A stretch of DNA of 63,667 nt, the filler included, from Choristocarpus tenellus KU-1152 (Eukaryota; Protista; Phaeophyceae), in NCBI GenBank assembly GCA_964200185.2. It is 10 parts of 10 records of this genome, joined end to end, with 100 filler letters (N's around TTAATTAATTAA, not from the genome) between each part and the next. Parts side by side here need not be neighbours in the genome. Positions count along the whole stretch, not along the records: positions 8,220 to 16,956 come from CAXNAD020004386.1; positions 17,057 to 21,497 come from CAXNAD020014543.1; positions 21,598 to 35,248 come from CAXNAD020001424.1; 7 more parts are not named here. One strand, given 5' to 3'. Below are positions 14,401-27,879 of this stretch, one piece after another (the first letter of the stretch is position 1; each line of letters begins with the position of its first letter). The position numbers and the translations under genes were made by a program. The notes under the pieces were generated by a model, which was not told the DNA's origin, searched no databases, and saw nothing but the letters and a program-made list of their open reading frames with translations.

Positions 14401-15840
14401 GACAAACAGTAGCCATAACGAATAGTTAAGACACACAAGTGCGCATTGACTCCTTTCAATTGCTTTGTCAAAAGTTCAACAGTTTGTAATGTAAACGCGA
14501 GTCATTCACATATAAAAAAACTTCATCACTTTCCAAGAACATGGATTTCTGACCTTGAACACCATCAGAATCTTCATGAAGATCTCATGGAAGAGGAAGC
14601 GGTCTCCCTCACAATGCTGCATTTCTACCATGCAGCCGCCACCACTGCCGCAGGAATCTCCGCGCTGCACTGAAGACCTAGTATCGCTACATTCACCTCC
14701 TCTTTTTCCTGCAGGGAATGTTTTGGTAGGGTCCCCATCAGTATCACGACCGGGGCAAGGTTGGTAAAAAACACATGGTCTACAGATTAGACCTACTTGA
14801 TCAGTCACATATTTTCTTACCTTCCTCTACAACTCGAAATTGATCTTGACCTTGACCCCAACACATATCATGTGTGTATGCACCTTGGCATCTATCCAGC
14901 TCACTGGCGCCGACGGAGGACTCTCCACCCACAAGCAATGCTGACTGTTGTTCCTGGGCCTTTCCTTCTGCGCCTTCTTCAACTTTCATTTTCACATTTT
15001 GGATCTTGGTAGCCTTAGCACCCCCGCCAAGGCCTCTGTCTGCGATGGTACACCTCCCTGGCGCGGCGGTAGATGCAGCTGTAGACGCTAGTTTGTTTTC
15101 CTCACGACGTGCGTTGTTGCACTGCATGCATTGAGGCGGAAGAAAGGGGGGGGGGAGAGAGGGTTAATTAAAATTAAAATGCATTCATTCACCATCGAGA
15201 CAAAAGAGAAACCAAACAAACAGCCTTCGCACTCTTCTCCCTCATCCCCATGCCTCCAAAAAACCTCACAAGCATGTGCAGCGCAACAAATCCTTTTCCC
15301 ACCCGGGACAAAATATTTCTTGAGCAGCCCATCAGCAGTGCTACACAATCTTATCCAAAAAAGGTTGAAAAAAAAATTAACCCTGCTCCCTACCTCGCCT
15401 CCCACCAATTCCAACGACTGAACCATGACGCAAAAATAAAAAAAGCTATATAAAAAATAAAAATGCTATATAACCAATGGAAAAATCAAGACTTCTCACA
15501 TCTGGAGGCGTAGGCGGAAGAGTCAGGTTCTCCAAGTCCTTGGGAGGTGTATATATGTTCAGCGTAAAGGCTGCAAATTGGGGGCCGCGTTGGATGCTAG
15601 CATCCAGCTGGAAGAGGGGGAAGATGGAGGGGGAACACACAGAGATAGGGATCTCATAAGTGCAAGGAAGGCGAGAGGTATGCCTCTGCAATCTGGTGTG
15701 AACCAAAAAACGTCTACATTGCACCTTGTGTGTATCACCATTGCCTCTGCAATAAATGAACTTTCCATCGAATATTAATGATGCTGCCATTGCTTTGCCC
15801 GTCTTTGTTTCAGAGAAGCAGAATCTTATCATTCCCATCT
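11490..15840 (-). CDS. Multi-exon gene, helical/armadillo-repeat-like protein (partial; exon structure only partly resolved)
   Basis: Exon 12672-12110 is bounded by AG and GTAAG and reads YFVEALAMCPKAPEVGTLVSASVKLLGTSVRPVRRQAAVVIFNLCGNP...RMCMRALSLLVKDSGALDR. Exon ~13665-13525 reads EDVGRVTEMMAGEYIDVQADATNAAAELTSN. Further open segments with splice donors lie at ~14790-14553, ~14220-13885, ~13140-13010 and ~11705-11490. Confidence 0.5.
12764..12783 (+). repeat. Interstitial telomere-like (TTAGGG)n; also at 20090-20113 and 20471-20506
   Basis: Three to four tandem TTAGGG units. Confidence 0.75.
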
Positions 15841-17213
15841 CTCTAGTTATCAGAAAAGAGAATGCCTCTAGGGTTAGGGTTGTGTACTCTTCAATCAGAA
15901 AAAGCAGGCAGGTGAGTAAAAAAAAGAGAACACATCAAGCACTCATCAGATAGCTGCATAAATCTAAGCTTACTACCTCCGCCCAGGTGCTCCCCCCTCC
16001 CCCTCCCCCCCCCTCCCCCTCCCCCCCCCCCCCCTTTTCCCCCCCTCGACAAAAAATTTTTTTTTTTATAAGGGGGGGTTTTTTGGTTACCNNNNNNNNN
16101 NAGAAGGGAACACATGGCGCCATAAACATAGACTTACCCACTGCTCCGCTCCCTCCCCCCCCCCCCCTCCCCCCCCCTCCCCCTCCCCCTCGCCCTGTAT
16201 CGCTCTGCTGAATAACAAGTTTTTTTATTGAAGATGGGGAATTCTTGGGATCACTCTAACCAAGTCAAGTGACAAGGCCCTATTCAAATTCCTGAAAATA
16301 ACCATACGGGCATTATCAAAGGTAATACTCACAAGGAAAAAAAAAAAGATTGCATGGTGTTTGACACTTGACACTGGGGATAGGGGCTGATCAGGCCGAA
16401 GTTGGGTCTCCATACCTTACACTCCTCTTCATCAAAGGCCAACACGTCACCCCCGACTTCCTCAATGGAGTCCTTCACATGCACCAATTAACACACACAC
16501 ACAGAAACACACACACACACACACAAAAAAAAAATACATTTAAAAAAAAGGCGAGAAAGGGCAAAGAGGCAAAAATCACATTTCATGTCATCAAGAGGTA
16601 CATGGTGATGGTGTGATGGTGTGAGGGTAGGAGCGGGGCGGAGGGGGGAGGGGGGGCAAGGGGACTTTAATAGTGGAAAGATGGATCGAATCTAGTTCCG
16701 AGCAACAAGTGATGCAAACAATGCGTGTAAGAAGACGTGGCATGGTGGGAGGAGGCGTACCAAAAAAAAATTAACGTTAAAATAAAAAAATACAAATACA
16801 GGATGGACTGTGATTTTTTTTTTAATCCTCTAGCATTGGATTACCATTGACCAAAGACAACCCAAGTCTTGATTCAAGCAACGCAAGGTATGATACACAA
16901 GGTCCAGAGGAAAAGCGGGGGGGGGGGGGGGGAAGTCCAGAAAAAAAAAGAACTCANNNNNNNNNNNNNNNNNNNNNNNNNNNNNNNNNNNNNNNNNNNN
17001 TTAATTAATTAANNNNNNNNNNNNNNNNNNNNNNNNNNNNNNNNNNNNNNNNNNNNCCTCTTTCCCCTCCCCCCCCCCTCCACCCCCCCCCCCCTCCTTT
17101 TTTCAAATCTTTAAACTTCCTCCCCCCCCCCTCCCCCCCCCCCCACTCTTCTCTCCCTTACCCCCCATGTACATTGTACATTCAATATGTGATGGACTCT
17201 TGGGGTGGGGCAG

Positions 17214-20200
17214 GAAGAAACGGCGTTGCTCAGGCGTTTCCGAACCCCCAGTCAATCCCCACTCCGACCCAATCACCCTGTTGTTCCATCTGGCATGGCA
17301 GGATGCCAAGAAGGCAGGGGTGCCAACAATTACAGTGGTACTGCAAGCAAGTCTGTGAAGGCCCACACAACCAGCGGTGAATTGTTGTTGGGCAGAGGGG
17401 AGCCTAGTACTGTGGGGTGGGTGGGGACTGTTCCTGGTCCAGTCCCTGGCCGTGGAGCACACCTTTCTAACCAAGACACTTGGCATGGTGACAGTGATTG
17501 TGGGGGGGGTGCTCCCGGCGTATCCGGGGTTTCTATTAGTAGGAGGCGAGTGTTGGACTCTGAGACGAGGATGAAGGTCACGTCAGAAATTGTGGGGGCT
17601 GGTGATGGTGGTGGTGGAGAGGTTAAGGGAGGGGGAGGTAGCGAGATGTCACTGAAGCAGCTTAAGGTGAGAGTCATTGCATGGGTTTTGAGAGAGGTGG
17701 GGGATGTGTGTACATGGGGTTTGCTATAGGAGTACTGCTATTGGATGTGTCGAAAAGGGACTCGTGAGGATGGACTGAGCACAATCATGGTCATTGTAAT
17801 GGGAGAGAGAGATGTGGGCGTACTGTTTTTGTAGACAGTGTGATTAATGAGTAGCGTGATTAATGTGTCGTGTGATTAATAAGTAGTGTGATAAATATGT
17901 TGTGTGATTAATGTGTCGTGTGATTAATAAGTAGTGTGATTAATAAGTAGTGTGATTAATGTGTCGTGTGATTAATAAGTAGTGTGATTAATATGTCATG
18001 TGATTAATATGTTGTGTGATTAATAAGTAGTGTGTAAATGATTGTAAAAGTGTTGACTCTTGTGCTGCATCTTGTCTAAAGTTAATCTCAAGAGAGGTGC
18101 TCTCGTGGCTGCTGTGACACCCTGGTGGCAAGAGTGCTTCCAAATGTGCAGGATTGTGTATATGGCGCCTTTCATATACAGCCATCACTTTCTTAGTACA
18201 TTCCGTTGATCAGGGGTAGTCACCTTTTTTGTTCACATGAAAAAAATAAAATATAATAAGAATAATAAGAATAATAGTAATTCCACACCGACAGACCTGT
18301 GTGCCCTGCCCACTACTGAGAGGAGATCGAGACAGACACCAAAAAAGAAAAGAAAAGAAAAGAACTCTCCTTTGGTTTTGCACATCCTGTCGTGGGCGTT
18401 TTGTGACCTCGACACAAGAAACCAGTCCCTGATTGATACTTGTCCCATGTCCCCGAACACACGTAGGACTTGATCCACCAGGTGTATGTTTCTAAGGAAG
18501 CGTTCGACAGTCGTTGCACCTCTCAGCGGCTATGCACTGAGACAATGGAACGCCATCTAGGTTCTTTCCTACTGAATAGGTACGGCCTGCGCCCCCTTGC
18601 TGAGGGACACGCCTCCAAAGTCCTTCGAGCGGTGTCCAGATGGGGCACAGAGGATAATGATGTTCGGGTGTTTGGAAAGATATTGGCCAACAAGGTGAGG
18701 GTTGTTTGTTGTGGGGAGGCGCCTGTATGCCCGTTGGAAGGAGGAGTAAAGCATACACATACCTTGGAGGGAGAGGTGTGATTGATGGGTGCAGATTGTT
18801 TTCTGTGTTGGCAGAGGGGTTCTTGTGTCAAACTTTAGTGAAGTAATGTAGTGGTGTATATACCATACCGCCTTGATAAGTGGAAGGTGCACGGGCTATG
18901 ATTGGGACCCTGAATGGAGTCGTGGACCCTGTTACAGTAGATGCCTCAAGAAGAGAGTGCCTTTTCCGGGATATGGATATGCTCTCGGTGTGTAGTTGAA
19001 AACACACCGGCGATGGATGCATTCATGGTATGTAGTAGAGTAGACTACACACTTGTGCCTGTTGGGTGCCAGTGAAGGAAAATTGATTGAGACTCAACGT
19101 TCACATTTGTATCATTGATTGCACATTTGTTATCATTGATTGCATATTTGTTATCAAGGTGTGTGTTGTCCTTGTGTGTCTAAGCGTACTGCTCTCTCTG
19201 AGTGATAGGATGCTAGGACTCTCGTGTTCTGATGCTGTGTGTCTTAGTGTGTTGGGGAGTCGGGTGAGCATGCGCACCGACACCTACCTTTTTCATTCTT
19301 TTTTTTTGTCCGAGGCATTGGTGTGCTCTGGGCGCTCTGGAGTAATTTTTTTGAATTTCACTGATCTACTGTACTTGTATATTGTGTAGTGGTACATAGT
19401 CCCTGGTTTTTATTCCAGAGTATACTTTTTACTGGGTCGTAGAAATCTACATGTTCACTACAGTGAGGGAATATCCGTAGTGGATGCCACCTACCAGATG
19501 AAAGTGAAGTGCTGCGTGTACAAAAGCTTTTGGTGCATGATCCCCTTTGGAAAACCGATTTTGTGCAGGGTATGGTGAGAAACAGTCTATCCCGATAGGT
19601 CGTTATTTGCTTGCCAGTGCTATTTTATTATGGATCATATTTAGTAGTAGCATGTGCATGATGGAAGTAGTGACTGGTGTCAAGTGAGGTTTACTGGGTT
19701 GTGGCAGAGTGTGATGGAGAATTGTATTACTAAATATTGGCATTAAATTGTAGTGGTGTCTATGTATAGTAGGCCTGATGGTATCAATCAATTTGAGTGG
19801 GTTCACAGACTTGTCCATTGTTTATGCCCTAGCAGTGGATGCCAGAGTTGTGAGGTGCAGCTAGTAGGTCAAAGCGCTGCGATGTTCATGGCTCCGTATA
19901 CAATATTTGTGGTGCTACGTGGTGCTGCAAGCATCAATAGGTAGCAGTAACAATTCCTTTTGTGAATGATGTGTACCCCTGCCCAACCAAAACTCTTCTA
20001 CCAGATATTGCTGGGCCTACCTTGTGAAAACCACAGCTTAAAACAGCATATTTTGGGGTATCGCAGGGTGGGTTGTGTGCCCAACGAGAGTTAGGGTTGG
20101 GGTTAGGGTTAGGAAGTGGAGGTTTCTTTTTGCTGCCGTTCTTAAGTGAAAAAATGTGACACTAGAGATGGGGTTGAACACATCCCACATGAAAAAAGCG

Positions 20201-21497
20201 AGTGGCTCGTCTCTATATAGGGGTAACAAAATATATCGACAACCAAGGCGATGATGAACATAGGAGGGTTGAAGGGGTTGAAGGGGTTGAAGGCGGGGAG
20301 GGATTGGTGTCGTCATTGTGGTTTTGAATGAGAAAACCTGGGGTTGAGTTCTACGTAACTTTGTTGGGGTGGGGGCGTTTTGCTGTCTCCTTCGTTTGCA
20401 ATGAGGGTCAATTGGCCCACGAGTGCTGAGCAGTAGTCAGGGGTGGAGGACTATCGCTTTTCGATCACATTTAGGGTTAGGGTTAGGGTTAGGGGAAACT
20501 GGGTTAGTATTAGTAAGTAGCGTGGGAAGGGGGGGGGGGGGGGGGGAGATGTGATCAAGAGTCGAAAAACGCTTGAAGTATGCATGGGTATTTGGGGATT
20601 GTTTGTCCTCGCTCTGACCCTTCCTATCTTCTCAAGCTTCTGTTTTATTCCTTGTGCACCAGTACATGCTCGGGGACCCCCCTACATTACTACTTCTAGA
20701 ATATTATAGCAGCAGAATTCGTCTTTCCACCCAATTGACGTTCACAACACCACCGCCTTCCCAGTAGACACTCTTGCTCACATCAACGCATAGATGAGAC
20801 CACGGCCTGACATAAACACCAGACCAAGGTATACCTCCCGAAGCAACATGTCCCCACTCTGTAGACTCTGCTGGTTAACCCTTCCTTCAATGAATGTCAC
20901 AAAGCTGCGCCTCTGACCCCCTGTAACGCTAAAACGATGGGGATCAGCTCGATACTGTGATAGCTTTAAACCCCAAGCACCCACAGGCATGCGCACAACT
21001 GTCAGACTCTAATATCCCCTCTCCTCTCTCTGTAGAGCACCATTAGAAACTGGCAATTCTCCCTCCTTTGTACCTCTGGAGTCACCTGTCTCAACGACTA
21101 CAAACAACTGCAAATCTACAAACACAATTGTGTGTCCAAGGTGGACCAACAGTTCCCCACAGTTCAGCGCAGGCTCAAGGAGACAGTGGTTGACCTATTG
21201 AGGATACGCCTTCGGGAGAAGTACCCTCGCAAGGTCGAGGCCTCCATCACTGCACTCCTGAGACACAAGACACATGTGATGGCCCCAGTGCTGAGAGGCG
21301 ATTGGGAGGGCATCGTCAGACACATGTATAGTGATGAGGATGCTACCATGCTGGGGCTTATGATCCGGGAGGCTGCGACACAGGAGGGGGGTGATGGCCC
21401 CAGGGGGGGGGGGGAGGGGGAGGATGGCGGGCGGGGGGGGGGGGGGTTTGGAAAGTTCGTTCAGATCTTGCTGGATTTTCAGTTGTACAGTCATGAG
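17214..21497 (+). CDS. Conserved uncharacterised protist protein (possibly distantly TSNAXIP1-like), partial; exons 17214-17666, 18467-18694, 21141->21497
   Basis: Phase-0 GT-AG splicing gives ...MSLKQLK/DLIHQVYVSKEAFDSRC...ETMERHLGSFLLNRYGLRPLA...EDNDVRVFGKILANK/VDQQFPTVQRRLKETVVDLLRIRLREKYP. I recognise this motif series from ciliate and stramenopile hypothetical proteins. Confidence 0.75.
17838..18034 (+). repeat. Intronic 16-bp minisatellite, 12 units (GTGTGATTAAT + 5 variable nt)
   Basis: Units such as gtgtgattaataagta, gtgtgattaatgtgtc and gtgtgattaatatgtt repeat with exact 16-nt period. Confidence 0.95.
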
Positions 21498-21922
21498 NNN
21501 NNNNNNNNNNNNNNNNNNNNNNNNNNNNNNNNNNNNNNNNNTTAATTAATTAANNNNNNNNNNNNNNNNNNNNNNNNNNNNNNNNNNNNNNNNNNNNTCA
21601 AACCCATCCTCCATAGTATGCCTCATCCTCAATTTTTCTGAGAGGCTGTTAATTCGCAGTATCAACAGCGAAAAATTTACTCTCTCCAATTAAAATAAAG
21701 GTTTCGTTTTAACCGTACATTATTCTTTTCCACAAATTGTTCGAAACCATCCTTTACAAAACCTTGCATTATTTTCGTCGCACAGCTCTATATGGATTGG
21801 ACATGAACGATTGACAACTCACACTCCCTTCCTTCGTCTCACTTTTTTCTCTACCAGATACAAACGAGCTAGAGGATCTTCTACTCGGCGTCTGGGGGGA
21901 GCACAAGAAGCACGACGCTTCT

Positions 21923-22181
21923 GAGTGAAAGTATCTTAGAGGGTATGAGTTTTGCCCTGTTTGTCCATTTGGGGCTTGGCTTCCCATGGGTTCTTTTATG
22001 ACATTTTCCTACTCCGAAATGTTTCAGAGTAGGGAAACTGTGTACACTATGAAAATGTGTGTCCGAAACATGAATATTGATACTTCCTAACAGACACGAT
22101 AGCCAAAATTACATCAAAATCGCAACATTAGATTTTAGCCCTCAAATGGACGCAGCTCTACCCTCTAAGATACTTTGGCTC
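21923..22181 (+). mobile_element. 259-bp MITE family A, copy 1 (TIR GAG[TG/CC]AAAGTATCTTAGAGGGTA), TTCT target-site duplication
   Basis: 23-bp TIRs, an internal hairpin (ttttcctactccgaaatgtttcagagtaggga) and TTCT on both flanks. Confidence 0.92.
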
Positions 22182-23499
22182 TTCTGGCGTAAGTGCATTT
22201 CGCCATTGTCCATATTTCAACGTGAAACGTCTCCCGTTGGAAATATCAAACAACTTTCCATCCAGCACATACGTACGCACTACAGTAAAGATGCATGCAT
22301 TTGTACATTTTAAAATAAAACTAAATCTACAACATAGGTTGAATATATATTTTTACCAAACAATATTTACCCATAAATTTTATGAAAAATGATGTGAATC
22401 GATTTTGTGAAATAAATGTTATATGTAGTCTTTTCCATTGTCTTTTAATTTTAAACGTTTGTTTATCTACGGATAAATTAGCATGATCTTCTCTTATAAT
22501 AGCATTTGCTGTTGACAGTAACAGAAATTGCACATAGTGACAAACACTAAGGGTTATATTCCTTGCTTATGAAAGGTGTCAACACACATCATGTTCACAC
22601 CTGCTTCAGTGATTAAAGTGTCGCCCTCCCCTCAACGCATTGCATACACCCCCCCGACCAGGACAAGTTCGACTTTAGGGCGGTGCACTCCTTCACTGTG
22701 CTGTGTATGGTACGCCAACCCAGATGTGGCCATTGAGTCACTGAGGAAGAGTGGGGGGTTCATCCATGTCTACAGAAAGCAGGTGGCCTAACCCTACCCC
22801 CCCAAACACTGGAACTTTGCGGCCGTATCTATGTGGTTGTGCTTGGTGGCATTCGATAATTGCACAGAATATATTCCCCCGTCTGCACAATCTTCTGACC
22901 CTTCATTCTTCCAATCCTGACCGCACGTACCCCGGTTCCAAATTGAAACGTGTAATATGTCCCTCCCTTTGTGTAGGTCACTAAAGAGATCAGGGAACAG
23001 CATTTCGCAAGAATGTGCACTGATGTCCTGGTTGGGGATGGACTTTCCATCTCAAGAGAAGAGACCCTGCAATACTACGATTGGAGCGACATTGCCGCGC
23101 ATGTCTTCTCCCAGCAGGCAGCCAAAAAACTATAGTCAGACACGCTCTCTCTCTCATACGTGGTTGGCACGGAGACCTTCCCAGATGAATGGGTACGACC
23201 AATCTTGAGATTGATTTTGCTTAGCTGCTGCAAAAACGTGTGCACTACTCTGACGCTGCCGCAACACAAAGTATCATTCACTCGTTGACCCACAACTCAT
23301 GATTTTGCCCACTCCCCATTCACTCCTCCATGACAGTTCTCCAAGACTCAGAGGTCAAAGGAACAAACGGCCCGAGACCAACCCCCGTGAGGATAAACCC
23401 AAGAGGGGACGAGGGAAGGGGAAGAAAAATTTGCCAGGGACCCCGGATGCCACCTTGAAATCCGCGTCACAAACCGATTTTCCACTCAACACTCCCAAG

Positions 23500-25330
23500 C
23501 TACAATGTGTATATCTAAGGAGGATGTACTTTTAGCGTGTCCTCATCGAAGGGGCTGTCCTCGAGGTCGCTATCCAGGTCATGAATAACCTCAAGAGGAA
23601 GGACGAGCTCGGGATCGACCCCACTGCCAAAGGCTCCTCCAATGGGACTCCAAATAATTACACCCTGTCCGTAGAGGTACACAGGGGTGTGAGGTTCTGC
23701 TCTGGACTGTCGTTCGTATTGTCATTCCTTACATTTCACAAACTCGACAACCCCTCTGATCAACATTCCCCAAACCCTGAAAATTTGTCAGGTGATAATA
23801 AAGGACCTCGTGTTGCAAGGTGTGGAAAAGAGTTGTCTATTCTTGGACATCGTGAAATACTCCAAGGGTGTTACCCTAAGGCCGGCGACGAACACGAAGG
23901 CAAGCTGCCAAAGCATCGTACAACATACAACTATATCTGCATCTTCCTACCTTGTACCTCCACCTACCTTCCTTTAACTTCTCCCACCTCTTCTGCCTCC
24001 TAACCACCAAGTCCGTAACGTCTCGTCAAACTTTCATCTCTTTTCTCTTTTCCCATGCCAACACTCAGCATACTGTAAAGTAATCTCTTCAACGAATTCT
24101 CCCACACACAAAACTCAGGTTACTTCGTAAACTTCTCTTTGTTCTCACTCCCCTATATTTCTTGTTTTTCATATTGATAATAATATAAATAGTACTCGCC
24201 TATTACCTCCTCTGTTGTCCAGTCTGGACTCAGTCCCATATGCTGTGGGGCATGAGTTGAAACAGTTTGAAGGAATCTTCCACACGCAAGATATGTCACA
24301 GTTTTACTCAATTTGTGGTTTACACGTCAGTAGACACAAACAGGTTGCTAAGGATTTCCTATGACTTCACGTCCGGTTATTTTGATGATCCATACTCTCT
24401 ATTGAAATGCAAATAGATATAGTTCAGTATCCCCACCCTGTGAGGACCTTTCTGTTACGTTTCCTTAGTGTATGACTGTTCACACATTAAGAATACAGAC
24501 CTGTTCTGTATATGATACATTATTTCTCCCTCTGAGATTTTGCAGATGTGTGAGGGAAACCACATGTGTATCACGAGGACCCCTCTAAAAATTACAGTTA
24601 TCATTAATGCAAAAGATACCTCTCTGAAAAGGTTTACTCTGTGATAACTAACATTAACGCTCCCTAGAATTGAAATTTAGAACCTATAAATTTTATACAC
24701 TGCTGGTATGCCTCCAACGTACCTTTTAGCCCTACAAACCTAGGGAAGCATCCCAAACACTCGAAAGGTCCCTTCTCACCCACCTTCCTGGTGTCTCTGA
24801 CTTGAAGTGCATGGCGCGTATTGGAGAGAGCCGCTTGTCCAGTGACATACACTATCTGCCTCGAACGGAAGTTGACAGTCCCTTTCCTACATTTCCTCGC
24901 AACCCTTCTTCCCTATTGCATGGGTGGCTCAGTCATGCAAGAAAAGCTCAACATGATTTCCAAGGCGCCCAAACCTATATACCGATAGTATTGAAATTAG
25001 AACACTGTATACTGATATAATTCGCAGTTCCACTCTCTATGGTCAAAGTTACTCTTGTCCCAAGGAATTGGTAGTCTGCATCCATTGTACCAACTCTGTA
25101 TGCCACCACTTATGCGTGAGACATACATGTCGACAAAGATTTAGACTTGACTTGATTCTTCATTTTTTGGTAGGACAGGAAACCCTGGTATCTGACTGTT
25201 GATACTCTGAAGACGTTTCCCCCTTGTGAGGTCTCGACCTTACTCTGCATTAAGTATACATTGATGCACATCTGGATGGGGTATCTTTTATACACCTCCA
25301 ACTTCCCTCACAATCTAACAAGTCTGTAGT
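23500..25330 (-). mobile_element. Degenerate LINE-like retrotransposon fragment
   Basis: Minus-strand remnants VSTVRYQGF (YLG-like block) and SVLISILS..GLGA. Shares sequence with 2950-3140. Many stops and frameshifts. Confidence 0.4.
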
Positions 25331-25499
25331 CAAAGCACCTGTCACTATCCAACACTACAGCACTGATTTGCGCTGTACTGTAGTGTGTTAACAAAGCCTC
25401 TTCGAAGAGTGCACCATTGGACTCATCCCGTTGGATTTCATCAGTGCTTCAGTGAACTGGACAACATCTTTGCTAGCACAAATATTCCAAGCCTCTACA

Positions 25500-25758
25500 G
25501 AGTGAAAATATATTAGAGGGTACGAGTTTTGGCCTGTTTGTCCATTTGGGGCTTGGCGTCCCACGTTTTTTTTTTATGATATTCTCCTACTCCAAAGTGT
25601 TTCAGAGTAGTAAAATGTATATGTTATGAAAAGGTGTAACCGGAAAATGGATATTGACACTTCCTAACAAACACTATAGCCAAAATTACATCAAAATCAC
25701 AACATAGGACTATGGTCGACAAAAGGACACAGCTCTACCCTCTAAGATACTTTAGGTC
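25500..25758 (+). mobile_element. MITE family A, copy 2
   Basis: Collinear with 21923-22181 over its full length. Confidence 0.9.
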
Positions 25759-26539
25759 ACACAATGCACTTCAATTCAATCAACACATTACGGTCGACCC
25801 CCAGTTCTGAGCTCAACTTTATCTATTTAAGATTTCAATACTCTCGTGAGATCCTCTCCACTCTGCACTCCTGCACTTTCCACAAAGTAAATTTAATCTT
25901 CTTGGTTATGGTCCATCTTCCTCCATCTGGTCTATCATGCCTGGCGATCCTCTTCACCACCCTTGCCTGAGTGAACCATGCTACCAAAGAACGCACGACT
26001 CACATTGACAACATCAGTGAGCTCAGATATAGGGTGAAGGGAACAGCTTCAACCTCTATGCCAGTATGCTGAATGCCAGAAGAGACAACACCATTGGTAG
26101 CAAGAGTTTATGACAGAAGCTGATTATGCAGACTTAGCCCTTCCACCATGTCCCTTGAGTGTAATGTTAACTTAGGCAATCTTGACACTTGTTGGGTCCT
26201 ATTTCGGGACACCCCACCTTCCTCACCATGCTCTAGAGGTTGAGAGGTGACCACTTCGCAGGAGCAATTTAGCAATGCTATGTCTGGGTTTATCGCACAT
26301 CATCCTCAACGAATTACCGAAAGTAGACTCTGTGCCATCTCCAGAGCTGCAGTATCTCCTCAAGTTGCAGGCTCGTCAAAATGTTGACAAAGATCGTGTA
26401 AGAACAGCAGATTCTAGTCGTAGGGATGTTTCTCCACCCCAGGATCCCCACGTTTTCAGTTTTCAATTTCAGACATTTCCACTGGTCTTACAAGTACGGG
26501 TTCTAGAGAGGTGGACTCCTACTATTTTCTAAGTGTCAT

Positions 26540-26995
26540 CTCCCTGCATCTTAAATATTCTTGTCAGTATAGAGGTCAGGATCCCCTCGCACCATCGACA
26601 CGTTTCGATTGGTTAGCGACCTTACCCATTTACAATCTTCCCCAGTCCCAAGACGCCCATCCTCATTACCCCCGCAACCCCATGGGAAGAACTGCAGTCC
26701 TGCTGCACAAACATGGTGTGTCGTTATAGCCATCTAGGAATGCGGACCTTGATTGACAGGATGATATCCTCGATCATGAGCTTTTTATACCTCTCTCCGT
26801 CCACCATGGTCGACACAAGCACCTTGGTTATGTGGGGCGGTGTTTTGCTGGAGCGCTGAGCAAGCCTAGTGTCTACGATTGGCCAGATCTCGATTTTCCC
26901 ATTGAACCATTCCTCGTTGGAGAGGTTCCTACGACGGGTCACAGCTGCAAGGAACATCACCTTCGTAACGCAACACTTATTTTGTCCCTGATGGG
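26540..26995 (-). mobile_element. Tc1/mariner (DD39D plant-mariner-like) transposase remnant
   Basis: QNKCCVTKVMFLAAVTRRR...WFNGKIEIWPIV...AQRSSK...RYKKLMIEDIILSIKVRIP...FVQQD matches the KVMFLAAVARPR / FDGKIGIWPF / IQQDNA motifs. Contains an in-frame stop. Confidence 0.82.
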
Positions 26996-27178
26996 GGGTG
27001 TTCAATTAGACTCTTCCAACTCTATCGATCAGTTGTGGGGAACTATATATGGAGTAAGAGAACAATAATTAGTTATGAAGTTATCAGATCATTTCAGTAG
27101 TGTTTAGCTATATGAGAACATTTGTCGTACATATTTTTTAATTTTGTTGGGTGCTGCATGTGTGCAAATTTTCCTTGG

Positions 27179-27437
27179 GAGTTGAAAGTATCTTAGAGGG
27201 TAGATCCGCGTCCATTTGGGGGCCAAAACCCAATGTTGCGATTTTGATGTAATTTTTACTGTCATGCTTGTTAGGAAGCATCAATATCCTTGTTCGGACA
27301 CACCTTTTCATAACGTACACTTTTTAACCACTCTAAAACGTTTCGGAGTAGGTAAAACGTCAAAAATAACCTGTGGGAAGTCAAGCCCCAAACGGACAAA
27401 CAGGGATAAAATCTCACCCTCTAAGATACTTTCAATC
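27179..27437 (-). mobile_element. MITE family A, copy 3 (inverted), TTGG target-site duplication
   Basis: Reverse-complement match to copy 1, with TTGG on both flanks. Confidence 0.9.
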
Positions 27438-27879
27438 TTGGGAGGTAATGCTATTGATAGCAGTGAAGATACAAGGTGTGAAGCCTCACACAGTTCCCCG
27501 TTGTGAACGTGATTACATGGTTGAAATTAGAAGAGTGACCTTTGTGGGGTGTTTTCTCATTGCCTGTTTATTATTATTTGTGCTTCCTACCTAAGTCAAC
27601 GGTTATGTCAAAGTAGGTGAATGCGGAATAAATACCCATACATAATCCGGATGTACTATCTCGTTAGTTACACCACATGGACTCAATTCAACACAATTAT
27701 CTCATATACACAAAATAAGGTACACCTCACTATTGTCCTATTTTGCACAGCATGCTCCACTTAGCTTTAATCACTCTACAGACATATCGAGTAACCTCCC
27801 TGGGTTTATCACCTTTTTTCTTTTGAATGATTTTGGCGATACTTCAACACAATATGTTGGATCTTAGGTTCCTAACCCA

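Noticed and set aside
17838-18034. CRISPR-like repeat/spacer pattern
   Set aside because: The constant part is 11 nt and the 'spacers' are 5 nt and recurrent. It lies in a eukaryotic intron with no cas genes, so it is a minisatellite.
19590-19830. RT domain remnant (KIALASK*RPIGI)
   Set aside because: A single short motif with stops is too weak to annotate without a search.
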